DNA of 63,428 bases, filler included, from Planctomycetota bacterium (GTDB lineage Bacteria; Planctomycetota; Planctomycetia; JALXBF01): NCBI GenBank assembly GCA_026991575.1. It is 3 parts of 3 records of this genome, joined end to end, with 100 filler letters (N's around TTAATTAATTAA, not from the genome) between each part and the next. Parts side by side here need not be neighbours in the genome. Positions count along the whole stretch, not along the records: positions 1 to 2,719 come from JALXBF010000007.1; positions 2,820 to 33,083 come from JALXBF010000008.1; 1 more part is not named here. One strand, 5' to 3'. Under the pieces are notes generated by a model. The model saw only the letters and a program-made list of their open reading frames with translations, did no database searches and was not told the DNA's origin. Positions 1 to 13,224 of the stretch are shown piece by piece; the stretch's first letter is position 1; each line of letters starts with the position of its first letter. A program made the position numbers and the translations under genes.

Positions 1-7
1 AGGACAT

Positions 8-92
8 GCGGGAGTGGCGGAACTGGTAGACGCGCCAGCTTGAGGGGCTGGTGGGCCTTAGGCCCGTGCAGGTTCGAGTCCTGTCTCCCGCA
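8..92 (+). tRNA. tRNA-Leu (anticodon GAG)
   Basis: Acceptor stem GCGGGAG/CTCCCGC, D-loop TGGCGGAACTGGTAGACGC, anticodon arm CCAGC-TTGAGGG-GCTGG, long variable arm, T-loop GGTTCGAGTCC. CCA is not encoded. Confidence 0.95.
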
Positions 93-636
93 CTCAGTTC
101 CGATTCGCAGCGACCGGCAACTTGCCTTAGACAGCTCCGATGCACCACGTCAGCGGTGGCGCAAAGGCACGGTAGAGCCTACGTCATCACGCGGCAGACC
201 GGCACGTCGACACGGACCGAAGATGGCACGTGGGCCACGGGGATCCCAGCGCTGCTGCCCGATGGACAGCCGACGTACGCATGGAGACCACGAGGCACGG
301 TCGATTCGAACCGAGGCGGTTGAACCCAGCGGCCATGGCCTGTGCCGCGGCGAGCTCGGGCCGTCTGGCCGTGCTCGCATCGGCGGCTTGCCGGGCCTGC
401 CGGGGCGCTCTTGACGGACTGGGTGCCATCAGCCGGAAGACGACCCCTTGGAGAGCATCCCATGGGGGCACCGCGAACCGTGTGGCCCGTTCTGCGGTGG
501 CTGGGGGGGCGAGGGTGTCACGAGCTGCGGTGAGACCGGTCGGGGCCGTCTAACGCGGTGGATGGCGGCGACGCACCTAAGAAAGGAACGCGGGACCCAT
601 GAGCCCCGCGTTCCTGGAACCTGGTCCGTCGCTGGC

Positions 637-921
637 TTATTGCGGCTTTCGGCCGGCGCCAGGATACTGCTGCCCGTAGACGCTCTGCGAGGACTGCTCA
701 AACTGCTTGCGCACCTCGGGGCTAACCTCGCCTGTTTGGTAGAACTGCTGAGCTGCTTGCTGAGCCAGGTCAGCATCCACTCCTGGCGGAGCCGCCTGGG
801 CACCGCTCTTAGCGGCGTCCGCTTCAGGGTTACCGCCTGCCGGTTCCGGGGTGCCGCCGCCGCATCCAAGCGCGAACGCTACAAGCGCGGTCGTCACGAA
901 ACCAAAACACACTCGGCGCAT
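637..921 (-). CDS. small putative lipoprotein
   Basis: GAGGAGG RBS, then MRRVCFG... signal peptide with lipobox ALGC and a low-complexity linker. Confidence 0.7.
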   Translation of the reverse strand: MRRVCFGFVTTALVAFALGCGGGTPEPAGGNPEADAAKSGAQAAPPGVDADLAQQAAQQFYQTGEVSPEVRKQFEQSSQSVYGQQYPGAGRKPQ

Positions 922-1183
922 CGCACTACCTCCTCTGGCCAACGCGTGAACGGTTACGGGGCGGGAACGTCTTGGTCAGTTTAGCGTGCCATGCGCGCCG
1001 AAGGCAAGTCAGCCGCCGCAGCATCTCTACATTGCTTCGCCGTGGCCGCTGGCCAGGTTCACTCCGTGGCCCGTTCATCACCAGCTACGGGGGCGAACCG
1101 TCGAAGCGACTAATCTCGTGGCCCCTGTTGTGCGTACGATGACACGAACCGGGATTCTGACATGGCAACGCGGAGGGCGGAGC

Positions 1184-1810
1184 ATGAGCCGGAGGAAACT
1201 GAGCCAAGCGGTCACGGGCACGCTCGTGGTGCTCTTGGCTGTCACAGTGCTGGTCGGTTGCGGCGGTCAGAACGGTGGTCCACTCGACGAGGCGGGGGGG
1301 AAGCAGGCTGAAACTGCCAAGAGCGGTGGCCAACGTGGTGGTGTCTTTCGGGTGGGGGACCTCCGCTTTCGGGTTCCGGACAGCTGGATCATGGAGGAGC
1401 CTCAGTCGACGTCCTTTGTCCGGCGGCTTGGCCAGTTTCGACTTCCCGGTCCGGACGGGGACGCGGAGTTGACCGTGATCCAGGCAGGGGGGACTGTTGA
1501 GCAGAACCTCGTGCGCTGGTATGGCCAGTTCGGGCTGGAGCGTGGTAAGGCTGAGGGGGCCGAGGAACGTGAGATCGAAGTGGCAGGGTACCGCGCCGTG
1601 TTCGTTGACATCCGGGGAACGTACAGCCCCGGCCCCATGATGCTACGTCCGGGGCAGAAGGCGCGGAATCCGAACTACCGGATGCTGGCGGCAATTGTGG
1701 AGACCCCGGGGCAGCTGACGTTCTTTAAGGCCGTTGGTCCGGAGAGGACGCTGGAGCGACACAAGGAGGCTTTCCTGGAGTTTCTCACCGGGGCCGTCCG
1801 CGGTGAGTAA
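1184..1810 (+). CDS. putative lipoprotein of a conserved planctomycete type
   Basis: GGAGG RBS, signal peptide with LVGC lipobox, motifs GGTVEQNLVRWYGQF and FFKAVGP. Confidence 0.7.
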   Translation: MSRRKLSQAVTGTLVVLLAVTVLVGCGGQNGGPLDEAGGKQAETAKSGGQRGGVFRVGDLRFRVPDSWIMEEPQSTSFVRRLGQFRLPGPDGDAELTVIQAGGTVEQNLVRWYGQFGLERGKAEGAEEREIEVAGYRAVFVDIRGTYSPGPMMLRPGQKARNPNYRMLAAIVETPGQLTFFKAVGPERTLERHKEAFLEFLTGAVRGE

Positions 1811-2084
1811 CTCGGTAACGAAGGGCGCCCCGATAGCGTAGCACCGCACCCTGGTGGCAGACTGCACTACCACTGCCAACGCGCAGCGCCAGCCAAAAAC
1901 GACGGAGAGCAGACCCCAAGCGGCTACGGACGCTGGCGTTCGCAAGCGTCTAGGACCATGACCCGAACGCGCTGGCGGCCACAGTTGTGGGCCGCGTGGC
2001 GGTAGGCAACATCTGCCGACGCAACAGCGGCGTGGCTGCAGCTGTGCCGAGGCGGGTGAGTATCTTCTCCCGGCCCGCGCGAGG

Positions 2085-2315
2085 TTACTGCAGATCCTGG
2101 GTGTCCATCTCGTACTCTTCCGTAACGTCTGGGTCGTTCAGTTCCTCACCTTCCATGGCTTGGCCCAGTGACTCCATGCTCTTGGCTTCGATTTCTTCTT
2201 CGGTCATGTTGGCCGTATCCGGGTTAGGGCCACCGCTTGAGCAACCGACAAGCGTCAGTGCTAGCGTGGCACAGCAAAGGGCAAGTAGGCACCGTAGGCA
2301 GCGCATCGGCGACAT
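2085..2315 (-). CDS. small acidic lipoprotein downstream of the DUF1559 gene
   Basis: Signal peptide with LVGC lipobox and acidic tail. The DUF1559 plus lipoprotein pairing is typical of Planctomycetota. Confidence 0.65.
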   Translation of the reverse strand: MSPMRCLRCLLALCCATLALTLVGCSSGGPNPDTANMTEEEIEAKSMESLGQAMEGEELNDPDVTEEYEMDTQDLQ

Positions 2316-2398
2316 CGTTTGGTCCCTCTCGCTGCAGAGGCAAAGGGGAGCGGGGCGGATGGCCGAATCGGCCATCCACCCCGTGTAGGCCGGTCGCA

Positions 2399-2719
2399 TT
2401 AGTAGCTCAGGGAGTCTTCGTCGATGGGCTCGCGGCCGTCCCGGGTTCCGATGCCGAACCACACTTCCTGATCGATATCCTCGGTGATAAACCGGACGCG
2501 GCCGTCGGCGAACAGCACGTTGACACCGCCCGGATGCAGGCTGCTGGGGGCCATCAGGTGCGTACCTGCACCCCAGGCACCGGCGCGGCAGCTCTTGTGA
2601 TTCGGCCGCTTGGAGAAGCCGATCCCTGTGCCTCGACCGTTATGGGCGAGCCACCAGAGCTCACCTTTGAAGCTCCACTGGGCCAGGGTCGAGTCATCGC
2701 AGACTTTCTCGAACCACTT
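2399..2719 (-). CDS. DUF1559 (prepilin-type, H-X9-DG) protein, C-terminal part, cut by the contig end
   Basis: Manual translation gives ...APSSLHPGGVNVLFADGRVRFITEDID...GTRDGREPI. Absent from the ORF track because it lacks a start codon. Confidence 0.9.
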   Translation of the reverse strand, partial: KWFEKVCDDSTLAQWSFKGELWWLAHNGRGTGIGFSKRPNHKSCRAGAWGAGTHLMAPSSLHPGGVNVLFADGRVRFITEDIDQEVWFGIGTRDGREPIDEDSLSY

Positions 2720-2819
2720 NNNNNNNNNNNNNNNNNNNNNNNNNNNNNNNNNNNNNNNNNNNNTTAATTAATTAANNNNNNNNNNNNNNNNNNNNNNNNN
2801 NNNNNNNNNNNNNNNNNNN
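2720..2819. other. artificial contig linker
   Basis: N runs around TTAATTAATTAA, which has stops in all six frames. Confidence 0.99.
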
Positions 2820-3496
2820 TCGCAAGTTCCGAAATCCTCACCACTTCCCCGTTCGCCAGCACCACATGCCGGTCCCCGCGTGAACGCACCGCAAACGGAC
2901 ACCCCGCCGCCAGCAACGCCCGAAGAATCTCCACCCGGTCAAACCCGCGGTCCATCAGAAACAACGGCTCCTTGCCCGCCGCCGTCAGCCACTCCAGCAC
3001 GCCAAGCACAAACGCGATCATCTCCCGGTTCTCGCTGTCCCGTCGACCCGAATACATCGCCAACAAAGCCAGATCCAACGGCGTCAGACGACCATGCTCC
3101 ACGGCCGTTGCCAGCACCGCCATGTACCCAGCGCGCAGCACGCCCGCGGGATCACTGGGGTCCTTCACGTGACCCAGCTCCTCCGGCGGCGTGGCCCACG
3201 GCTTCGACCAATCTGTCCGGTCGACTGCCACGGATCGGCTCGGGCAGGCATGTCAGCACCTGCGGTCCGCTCCGCTCAGTCACCGGATTTACGTACGACT
3301 CCGGCACGCGATCACTTGCCCACAGACGAAGTAGACGGGAGGCCCGGGCCTCCAGCCGCATCAACTCCCCATTGCTCGACGCACCGTGGGCATGCAACGC
3401 ACGCGTCGCCCGCCCAACATGTCCGTCGCAGGCCACACCATTAGCAACGGGTTGCTTCTCTCCGGCGCCCCAGTTCCGCTTCGGCGTAGACTGCAT
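2820..3496 (-). mobile_element. IS4-like DDE transposase fragment, probably frameshifted, at the contig end
   Basis: ORF from 3231 has AVDRTDWSK...LFLMDRGFD...FAVR. The apparent N-terminal part is in another frame (3152-3496). Confidence 0.7.
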
Positions 3497-3738
3497 CGCA
3501 TCGCGCCCTGCTTCCCATCATGTCTAGCCTGGCCCCCTAGCAGGGACGCGCCCCGTCGAGAACATCCGCGAGAGAAGTGAGTTCCGAACGAGACAGCGGG
3601 ACATGCTGAACCTGGGCAAGCCCCGAATTGCACTCCGTGGCGCGGCACGGCTAGAAAAATCGGGCTCGGTTCGGTATAACTGTCGCGTCGTCAGATGTGG
3701 CCGCAGAGCACGGTACGGGATTCTCGAGAGGAGTCGCG

Positions 3739-5694
<1,956 letters not shown>

Positions 5695-5712
5695 CAGCCG
5701 GAGGGCCGACCG

Positions 5713-6318
5713 ATGGCGGACATCGTCCTCAGCCGCCAGCGGAGCGCGCTGCTGGTAATCGATTTCCAGGAGAAGCTCGCTGCACACATCCAGGCGCGCG
5801 AACGGACCGAGGCGAACATCGCGCGGCTTGTGCGTGCGGCCAGGTTGCTAGGGATCCCTGTCATTGTGACCGAGCAGTATCCACGCGGGCTGGGCCCCAC
5901 CACAGCGGGGCTCCGCCCGCTTCTGCCCGCACCATACGAGAAGCTCGCGTTCGGTTGCTGCAAAGAAGCCAGCGTCGCCGAGGCCCTGGCCGAAGTCGAC
6001 CGTGACCAGTGGGTGCTGGCCGGAATCGAAACGCACGTGTGCGTGCTACAGACGGCCGCCCAACTGGTCCAGCAGAGGAGCGTCTCCGGCGTTTTTGTCG
6101 TCGCCGACGCATGCTCGGCACGCCGGCAGTACGATCACGACGTCGCGCTGGCCCGGTTGCGGCAAGCAGGCATTCAGGTGGTCACGACAGAATCGGTGCT
6201 CTTTGAGTGGTTGGAGCGGGCAGGAACCGAAGAATTCAAACGGATCGCGGCTCTGGTCAAAGCAACCGACTCGGAAGTGCTGGCAGATACCCTGGGGCCC
6301 AGTTCGGCCTCTTCTTAA
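5713..6318 (+). CDS. isochorismatase-like cysteine hydrolase
   Basis: LLVIDFQEKL, TEQYPRGLG and GIETHVCVLQT motifs. Confidence 0.9.
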   Translation: MADIVLSRQRSALLVIDFQEKLAAHIQARERTEANIARLVRAARLLGIPVIVTEQYPRGLGPTTAGLRPLLPAPYEKLAFGCCKEASVAEALAEVDRDQWVLAGIETHVCVLQTAAQLVQQRSVSGVFVVADACSARRQYDHDVALARLRQAGIQVVTTESVLFEWLERAGTEEFKRIAALVKATDSEVLADTLGPSSASS

Positions 6319-6390
6319 AGGGGGCCTCGATTCCGGTGAACACGAGTGCCACTGCTGGCCCCGAACTGCAGCTCAGGAGTAAGTGTCGAC

Positions 6391-7398
6391 ATGGAACGGC
6401 TCAGCGCGTTTGGAGCCTTCCCAGCCCTGCGCATGCGGCGGATGCGAGCAACGCCCCTGTTGCGCGCGCTGGTGCGCGAGACCGAACTATCCGTGCACCA
6501 TCTTGTGCTGCCACTGTTTGTCCGCCCCGGCTCGGGCGTCGTGCAGCCCATCGGCGCCCTGCCCGGTCACGCTCAGCTTTCACCCGACATGGCAGAGAAA
6601 CAGGCCACCGAAGCAGCCGAACTGGGGATTCCTGCCGTGATCCTGTTCGGGATTCCAAGCAGGAAGGACGAGATCGGGTCGGAAAGCTACCTCGAAGACG
6701 GCATCGTGCAACAGGCGATCCGGCGAATCAAACGTGCGCTGGCCGATCGTTTGGTCGTTATCGCGGATGTCTGCTTCTGTGAATACACCAGCCATGGCCA
6801 CTGTGGGGTGCTGACGGACCGCACTGGCCGGATGGACGTGGATAACGACGCCACGCTTCGGTTGCTCGGGCGACAGGCGGTCAGCTTCGCTGACGCTGGT
6901 GCGGACGTCGTTGCGCCCAGCGGCATGATGGACGGAATGGTGCAGGCGATTCGCACGGCGTTGGACGACGCGGGCTTTGGCCACGTGCCCATCCTTAGTT
7001 ATGCCGCCAAATACGCATCGGCGTTCTACGGGCCGTTCCGCGAAGCGGCCGAGTCCGCGCCGCAGTTCGGCGATCGACGCAGCTATCAGATGGATCCTGC
7101 CAACGCGGATGAGGCGGTGCGCGAAGTTGCGTTGGATCTGCAGGAAGGTGCGGACGTGGTCATGGTCAAGCCCGCCCTCGCGTACCTGGATGTCATCCGC
7201 CGGGTGAAACAGGCGTTTGGCGTTCCCGTGGCGGCGTACAACGTCTCGGGCGAGTACGCGATGGTGAAGGCGGCCGCACAGCAGGGCTGGATCGACGAGC
7301 GCAGCGTGGTACTGGAGATTCTCACAAGCATTCGGCGTGCGGGTGCCGACTTCATCCTGACCTACCATGCGTTGGACGTGGCCCGCTGGCTGGCGTGA
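6391..7398 (+). CDS. hemB: porphobilinogen synthase
   Basis: [14 protein letters not shown] zinc site, [25 protein letters not shown]. Confidence 0.97.
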   Translation: MERLSAFGAFPALRMRRMRATPLLRALVRETELSVHHLVLPLFVRPGSGVVQPIGALPGHAQLSPDMAEKQATEAAELGIPAVILFGIPSRKDEIGSESYLEDGIVQQAIRRIKRALADRLVVIADVCFCEYTSHGHCGVLTDRTGRMDVDNDATLRLLGRQAVSFADAGADVVAPSGMMDGMVQAIRTALDDAGFGHVPILSYAAKYASAFYGPFREAAESAPQFGDRRSYQMDPANADEAVREVALDLQEGADVVMVKPALAYLDVIRRVKQAFGVPVAAYNVSGEYAMVKAAAQQGWIDERSVVLEILTSIRRAGADFILTYHALDVARWLA

Positions 7399-7452
7399 CC
7401 CGCACGTTCGGCCGATTGCTGTCGCACGCGTCAGTGCAAGCGGCTGCCGCAC

Positions 7453-7469
7453 TGCCCATCTTTTGTGCA
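7453..7469 (+). promoter_or_regulatory. possible NtrC-like enhancer site for glnA
   Basis: TGCCCATCTTTTGTGCA partly matches TGCACC-N5-GGTGCA, about 120-130 bp upstream of the sigma54 promoter. Confidence 0.45.
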
Positions 7470-7585
7470 CGAATCGCTGACTCGTTGAGCAGCATGGTTG
7501 AGCCAGTTCGCGCGACGCACCAGGATCGCGCGCGTAACCTCATCCTCAGCTGACGGTTGCGTCCCCAACTCCGACCGAACCGATT

Positions 7586-7601
7586 TGGCACGGCGATTGC
7601 A
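7586..7601 (+). promoter_or_regulatory. sigma54 (-24/-12) promoter of glnA
   Basis: TGGCAC-GGCGA-TTGCA is an exact TGGCAC-N5-TTGCA match, in the expected context. Confidence 0.85.
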
Positions 7602-7781
7602 AAAGCGGCAATGCCATACAGGCCTACCCAACGTCGGCCACGCACAAACGGGGTGTCATCCGCCCGGGCACGCATCCGCGTTACCCCCTGTTGGCTTGTG
7701 CAGCCATGGTCGTGGCCTGCTGCTCTCGGTAGAGGTGTGTCTCCATAGTTGTGTTTCGGTTCCACCCGGAGGAGGTAGCCG

Positions 7782-9194
7782 GTGACTCCACGAGAAGTTC
7801 TTGCACTGTGTCGTGAGCGTGACGTGAAGGCCGTGGACCTGCGGTTCATGGACTTCCCGGGATTGTGGCAGCACTTCACGATCCCGATCGAGGCGTTGAC
7901 CGAGGAAACGTTCGAAGAAGGTGTCGGCTTCGACGGATCCAGTATCCGCGGCTGGCAGGCGATCAACGAAAGCGACATGCTGGTCCTGCCCCAGCCGGAC
8001 ACAGCCTTCATCGACCCGTTCACCGAAGTCCCCACCCTGGTGATGATCTGCAACATCCAGGATCCGATCACCAAGGAGGACTACACGCGCGATCCCCGCA
8101 ATGTCGCCCGCAAGGCGGTGAACTACTTACGCAGTACCGGAATCGGCGACGTCGCCTACTTTGGACCCGAGCTGGAGTTCTTCGTCTTCGACGACATCCG
8201 CTATGACGTCGCATCGCACAGTGCCTTTTACGTGGTTGATTCGGTCGAAGGCCAGTGGAACACGGGCCGGGAAGAGAACCCGAACCTCGGCTACAAGCTC
8301 CGCCACAAGGAAGGCTACTTCCCGGTGCCCCCGTCCGACACGCTGCTAAACATCCGCAACGAAATGATGCTCTACCTGATGGAAGCCGGTGTCGATGTCG
8401 AATGCCACCACCACGAGGTGGCCACGGGCGGCCAGTGCGAGATCGACATGAAATACAAGCCCCTGGTCGAAATGGCCGACGCCGTGCTGAAGTACAAGTA
8501 CATCGTCAAGAACGTTGCCCGCAAACACGGGAAGGTTGCCTGTTTCATGCCCAAGCCGCTCTACGGCGACAACGGCTCAGGCATGCACACGCACTTCTCG
8601 ATCTGGAAGGAGGGCAAACCGCTGTTTGCCGGCTCCGGCTATGCCGGTCTCAGCGAAACGGCCCTGTATGCCATTGGCGGCATCCTCAAGCACGCCGGCG
8701 CCTTGCTGGCCTTCTGCGCACCGACCACCAACAGCTACAAGCGACTCGTCCCCGGTTACGAGGCACCGGTGAATCTGGCCTACAGCCAGCGGAACCGGTC
8801 GGCAGCGATCCGGATCCCGGTCTACTCTCCCAGCCCCAAGCAAAAGCGGATCGAGTTCCGTTGTCCGGACAGCTCGTGCAACCCGTACCTGGCATTCTCC
8901 GCCATGCTCATGGCCGCCATCGACGGGATCCAGAACCGGATCGATCCCGGCGAGCCGTTCGACAAGGATCTGTACGATCTGGAGCCGGAAGAGCTGGCAC
9001 GTGTGCCCAAGGCGCCAGGCTCGCTGGAAGAAGCCCTCGACGCTCTGGAAAAGGACCACGAGTTCTTGTTGCGTGGCGATGTGTTCACGCCGGACGTGAT
9101 CAGCACCTGGATCTGGTACAAGCGGACCAGGGAAGCGGACGAGGTCCGGCTGCGGCCGCACCCGTACGAGTTCTTCCTGTACGCGGATATCTAA
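7782..9194 (+). CDS. glnA: glutamine synthetase type I
   Basis: [48 protein letters not shown] before GTG. Confidence 0.98.
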   Translation: MTPREVLALCRERDVKAVDLRFMDFPGLWQHFTIPIEALTEETFEEGVGFDGSSIRGWQAINESDMLVLPQPDTAFIDPFTEVPTLVMICNIQDPITKEDYTRDPRNVARKAVNYLRSTGIGDVAYFGPELEFFVFDDIRYDVASHSAFYVVDSVEGQWNTGREENPNLGYKLRHKEGYFPVPPSDTLLNIRNEMMLYLMEAGVDVECHHHEVATGGQCEIDMKYKPLVEMADAVLKYKYIVKNVARKHGKVACFMPKPLYGDNGSGMHTHFSIWKEGKPLFAGSGYAGLSETALYAIGGILKHAGALLAFCAPTTNSYKRLVPGYEAPVNLAYSQRNRSAAIRIPVYSPSPKQKRIEFRCPDSSCNPYLAFSAMLMAAIDGIQNRIDPGEPFDKDLYDLEPEELARVPKAPGSLEEALDALEKDHEFLLRGDVFTPDVISTWIWYKRTREADEVRLRPHPYEFFLYADI

Positions 9195-9220
9195 GCGATC
9201 ACCGGCTCCATTGTGGTGGG

Positions 9221-9262
9221 GAGAGGAGTGACCTGCCTGCAGGCAGGGCTCCTCTCTTCTTC
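9221..9262 (+). terminator. intrinsic terminator-like hairpin after glnA
   Basis: GAGAGGAG...CCTGCCT-GC-AGGCAGG..CTCCTCTC followed by TTCTT, between convergent genes. Confidence 0.65.
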
Positions 9263-9335
9263 ATGCGCCGGCCGCAATGGAACGTGCCGTCCGTTGCCGG
9301 GCTCAAGCGCCGTCGACGGGCACAGCGCTGCACGA

Positions 9336-10241
9336 TCACCGCGCAATGAGGCTCCCGCCCCAGCCGAGTTTGTCGCGGAGCCGCCGGTAGTACGTCCGGC
9401 CGGGCAGGCGAACCAGCCGGAACCGAACCGGTGCCCGCGTGACGGTCACTTCCGCCCCCTGCTCCAGCTCCGCCACCACCTGTCCATCAACGACCAGATG
9501 GGCGGACGCCGATTGCCCGGACCGCTGCTCGAGCCGCAGCCGGTACACGTGATCGGCTGAATCGACCAGTGGCCGCATCGTGAGGGCGTGCGGGCAGATT
9601 GGCGTGATGACGAACGCGTCCAGATCCTGCCGTAGAATCGGACCGCCTGCGGCCAGACTGTGTGCGGTTGATCCGACCGCCGTGGCCACGATCAGACCGT
9701 CACCGCTGCACGTGGCGACGTGCTCCTGGTCCACGTACAGGTTGACATTGATCATGCGAAAGGGCGGCCCGGTCTGGACCACCACCTCGTTGAGCCCGAG
9801 GCACTCCTGAGCCACGGAGCCATCGGCGCGGACCAGTCGGCAACGGAACATGAGGTGCTCGACGACGTCGTACTGGCCGGCAACGATCTGGCGAAAACAC
9901 GGCTCAAACTCGTCCGGCGAAACCTCCGCCAGAAACCCCAACTTGCCCAGATTCACCCCCAGCACCGGCCGCTGATTCAGTCCCATCTGGCGGGCAGCCC
10001 GGAGAATAGCACCGTCGCCGCCGAGCACCACGGCCAGGTCTGCCGCAACGCCCGACAGGTCCTGCGCTTGCTCCAGATCGAAGACAACGACCTCCGCCAG
10101 TTCTGCAACAACCCGTCGGACATGCTCGGCGGTAGGCCGCAGCGGCAACCGACGACTGTTGCCCAGGATCATCACGCGCAGCCTGCCGCTGCCACGGGCC
10201 GGCTCGGCTCGTCGGTCGGCTTGCGTCTCGGTAGAACTCAT
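9336..10241 (-). CDS. nadK: NAD kinase
   Basis: GGDGA, GKLGFL, LNEVV, DGLIVATAVGSTAHSLAAGGP. Confidence 0.95.
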   Translation of the reverse strand: MSSTETQADRRAEPARGSGRLRVMILGNSRRLPLRPTAEHVRRVVAELAEVVVFDLEQAQDLSGVAADLAVVLGGDGAILRAARQMGLNQRPVLGVNLGKLGFLAEVSPDEFEPCFRQIVAGQYDVVEHLMFRCRLVRADGSVAQECLGLNEVVVQTGPPFRMINVNLYVDQEHVATCSGDGLIVATAVGSTAHSLAAGGPILRQDLDAFVITPICPHALTMRPLVDSADHVYRLRLEQRSGQSASAHLVVDGQVVAELEQGAEVTVTRAPVRFRLVRLPGRTYYRRLRDKLGWGGSLIAR

Positions 10242-12160
10242 CCGGCAATTCGCTCGGTTGACACCGGCGCGCGGCGGCGCCCGACCCGAGCGGCCAATTC
10301 CAGCACCGCCGCTGCAATTCCCTCCGCGTCCAGCCCCAGGTCATGAAGCAGCTCAGCCCGATCACCGTGCTCCACGAAACGGTCGGGCAATCCCAGCCGA
10401 CGTACCGCATGCGTCGGCAGGCCGCGTTCGTTGAGTGCTTCCAGCACCGCGCTTCCGAAACCGCCGCACAGCGTACCCTCCTCGACTGTCACCATAAACG
10501 CGGTCTCACGCACGGCGCGTTCCAGCAGTTCCCGGTCCACTGGCTTGGCAAAGCGAGCGTTCACCACGCCGACACTCAGTCCGTGCTCGGCGACCAGAGC
10601 CGCTGCCTGGACCGCCTGGCGGAGCAGGTTGCCATAGGCAACGATCACTCCGTCACTTCCCCAGCGGATGACCTCTGCCTTTCCCAATTCGATCGGAGCC
10701 ACCTGGCGAGACACCTCATCGGCCGTCTCCTTCGGGTACCGCATCGCGATCGGGCCGTCGTGCGCCAGGGCGAAGTCAAGCATCAGCGGCAGGTCGAGTC
10801 GATCACCTGGAGCCATCAGCACGAAGTTGGGAAATGCCCGCAGGTACGCGATGTCGAAGGCACCGTGGTGGGTTGGGCCGTCCGGTCCAGTCAGACCGGC
10901 GCGGTCCAGGCAGAATACGACGGGCAGGTTCTGCAGGGCCACCTCCTGGAACAACTGATCGTATGCCCGCTGCAGGAACGTGGAATAGATCGCCGCGATC
11001 GGCCGCATGCCGGACTTGGCCAGCCCGGCCGCGCAAGCCACGGCGTGTGCTTCGGTGATCCCTGTGTCGAAGAAACGATCGGGGAAGTCGGATCGGACCT
11101 TCTGCAACTTGTTCCCCTCGCACATCGCGGCTGTCAGCACAACAACCCGCTTGTCGCGTTCCATCGCGCGATAGATCGCCTCGCTGGCCACGTTCGTGTA
11201 CGTCGGAGCCGAACTCTTCTTCAGCGGCACAACCTTGCCCGCCTGCCATTGGAACGGTGCCGGCGTGTGGAACTTGACCGGGTCGCGTTCCGCGGGCGGG
11301 AAGCCGCGGCCCTTCTCGGTGAAGACGTGCAAGATCTTCGGGCCCGGCACTTCCTTGACCATCTCCAGGTACTCGATCAAGGCCGACAGATCGTGGCCGT
11401 CGACCGGTCCGAGGTAGCGCCAGCCGAGCTCTTCGAAGAGCATACCACCGTGCAGGAACGCTTTCATGCCTTCTTTCGCCTGCACAAACGCTCGCTCCAG
11501 TTGGGCGCCGACGACGGGCACCCGAGCCAGAGCCCGCTGAATCTGCTGCTTCACCTCACCGTAGACCCGGTGGGTCCGCGCGCGATCCAAGTAGCGGGCC
11601 AGGGCTCCGACCCGCGGGCAGATGGCCATCTTGTTGTCGTTGAGGATGACCAGAAGATTCTTCTGGAGTTCTCCGGCGTTGTTCAGCGCCTCGAACACAA
11701 TGCCGCTCGGCAACGCACCGTCGCCGATGACCGCGATCGTCCGTGACTTCTTTTGCTGCAGATCGTCGCCGATGCGCAGGCCAAGGGCGCAGGAGACGCT
11801 ACAGCCGGCGTGGCCCGTCATAAACAGGTCATACGGGCTCTCGTGAGGGTTCGGGTATCCCATCAGACCACCGCGGGTGCGGATCGTGTGCATGCGGTGG
11901 TATCGACCGGTGACCATCTTGTGCGGATAGATCTGATGACCGGTGTCCCAGATGAGATGGTCCCGGGGAAAGTCGAACACTCGGTGCAATGCCAGGCACA
12001 GTTCGACAACACCCAGGTTGGAGGCGAAGTGCGCCGCGCGTCGGCTGACGATCGTACACAGTTCGTGCCGGATCTCCGCTGCCAGCTGGCGGAGTTCCTC
12101 CAGGGAAAGCTTCTTGAGGTCGTCCGGCAGAGTGAGTTCGGCGAGCAGCTTGCGGGTCAT
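10238..12160 (-). CDS. dxs: 1-deoxy-D-xylulose-5-phosphate synthase
   Basis: WDTGHQIYPHK, GDGA...LNDN TPP motif, DRAGLTGPDGPTHHG. Confidence 0.97.
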   Translation of the reverse strand: MTRKLLAELTLPDDLKKLSLEELRQLAAEIRHELCTIVSRRAAHFASNLGVVELCLALHRVFDFPRDHLIWDTGHQIYPHKMVTGRYHRMHTIRTRGGLMGYPNPHESPYDLFMTGHAGCSVSCALGLRIGDDLQQKKSRTIAVIGDGALPSGIVFEALNNAGELQKNLLVILNDNKMAICPRVGALARYLDRARTHRVYGEVKQQIQRALARVPVVGAQLERAFVQAKEGMKAFLHGGMLFEELGWRYLGPVDGHDLSALIEYLEMVKEVPGPKILHVFTEKGRGFPPAERDPVKFHTPAPFQWQAGKVVPLKKSSAPTYTNVASEAIYRAMERDKRVVVLTAAMCEGNKLQKVRSDFPDRFFDTGITEAHAVACAAGLAKSGMRPIAAIYSTFLQRAYDQLFQEVALQNLPVVFCLDRAGLTGPDGPTHHGAFDIAYLRAFPNFVLMAPGDRLDLPLMLDFALAHDGPIAMRYPKETADEVSRQVAPIELGKAEVIRWGSDGVIVAYGNLLRQAVQAAALVAEHGLSVGVVNARFAKPVDRELLERAVRETAFMVTVEEGTLCGGFGSAVLEALNERGLPTHAVRRLGLPDRFVEHGDRAELLHDLGLDAEGIAAAVLELAARVGRRRAPVSTERIAG

Positions 12161-13068
12161 CGGTTTCTCTCTGCCACGTACCGTGCCAACTGTTGAAAAA
12201 GGCCGGCGGCCGGGCCCAGCGCTGCCGCCGACCGGCACGCCTCGGCGACGAGCTCTTCGACCCGCCGCCTCGCCTTTTCAATCCCCAGGACGCCTGGAAA
12301 CGACAGCTTCTTTTCGTCCTGGTGCACCGGCTTCCCCAGCCGCTGGGGGTCACCGACGACGTCCAGCAGGTCGTCGGTGATCTGGAACGCCAGGCCGAGC
12401 GATTCGGCGTACCGGTCAAGGACATTACGCTGCGTCGCGTTCGCTCGTGCGGCAATTGCTCCCAGACGCACCGCCGCCCGCAACAACGCGCCTGTCTTGA
12501 GCTCGTGGATCCGTTGCAAGCGTGCCTCCGTAGCCCCGTCCGTGCCGGTTCCCAGCCAGTCCTCCATCTGACCACCGACCATGCCGGCCGGACCAGCGGC
12601 TTGTGCCAGCTCCAGGACGCTCTCCCGCAGCACATCCTGGTCCGGAACGTGGCGGGCCAGCAGCTCGAAGGCATATGTTAGCAGCGCGTCGCCGGCCAGA
12701 ACGGCAGTTGCCTCATCGAATACGACATGAACGGTCGGCCGGCCACGCCGCAGGTCCGCGTTATCCATGGCCGGCAGATCGTCGTGCACGAGCGAGTAGC
12801 AGTGGATCAACTCAACGGCGCAGGCTGCCGGCAGCGCATCCTCAACCCGACCGCCACACGCCTCACAGCTCATCAGCGTCAGCACGGGCCGCAGCCGCTT
12901 CCCCCCTGGAAAAACGGCATGGCGCATCGCGCTGGCCAGCTGTGCGGGAACCTCCGGCGGTCGTGGCATCCACTCATCCAGCGCGCGGTCCACGACCCGG
13001 ACCGCCTGCCGAACGTACTCGTTGAGGTCCGTCGCCAGCAAAGCCTTGCCCTGACTCCCAATGCCCAA
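12157..13068 (-). CDS. ispA: farnesyl/geranylgeranyl diphosphate synthase
   Basis: GKRLRP, SLVHDDLPAMD and FQITDDLLD motifs. Start position uncertain. Confidence 0.93.
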   Translation of the reverse strand: MGIGSQGKALLATDLNEYVRQAVRVVDRALDEWMPRPPEVPAQLASAMRHAVFPGGKRLRPVLTLMSCEACGGRVEDALPAACAVELIHCYSLVHDDLPAMDNADLRRGRPTVHVVFDEATAVLAGDALLTYAFELLARHVPDQDVLRESVLELAQAAGPAGMVGGQMEDWLGTGTDGATEARLQRIHELKTGALLRAAVRLGAIAARANATQRNVLDRYAESLGLAFQITDDLLDVVGDPQRLGKPVHQDEKKLSFPGVLGIEKARRRVEELVAEACRSAAALGPAAGLFQQLARYVAERNR

Positions 13069-13224
13069 AACAACGTCACCTTGTCGGCTGCAAACGCTAT
13101 TGCATCTTAGGCGCAGGCGGATCGAGCGGTCACCAGCCCAGCTGCCAGCGCCAAGCTCTGTTCAGACGCCGCCCGGCCGCGTAACCTTCTTACGAACGCG
13201 GACGTCCACCAACGGAGACCGAGC

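Noticed and set aside
8..92. tRNA-Leu as attB for the phage
   Set aside because: I found no copy of its 3' end in the phage contig by eye, and there is no integrase.
93..630. Short ORFs downstream of the tRNA
   Set aside because: No motifs or convincing RBS, so none can be supported.
2720..2819. TTAATTAATTAA palindrome in N runs (also 33084-33183)
   Set aside because: Artificial linker. Adjacency across it has no biological meaning, so the phage is not shown to be integrated next to the CCA gene.
7602..7781. Long glnA leader as a glutamine riboswitch
   Set aside because: No recognisable glnA-motif structure. The sigma54/NtrC elements already explain regulation.
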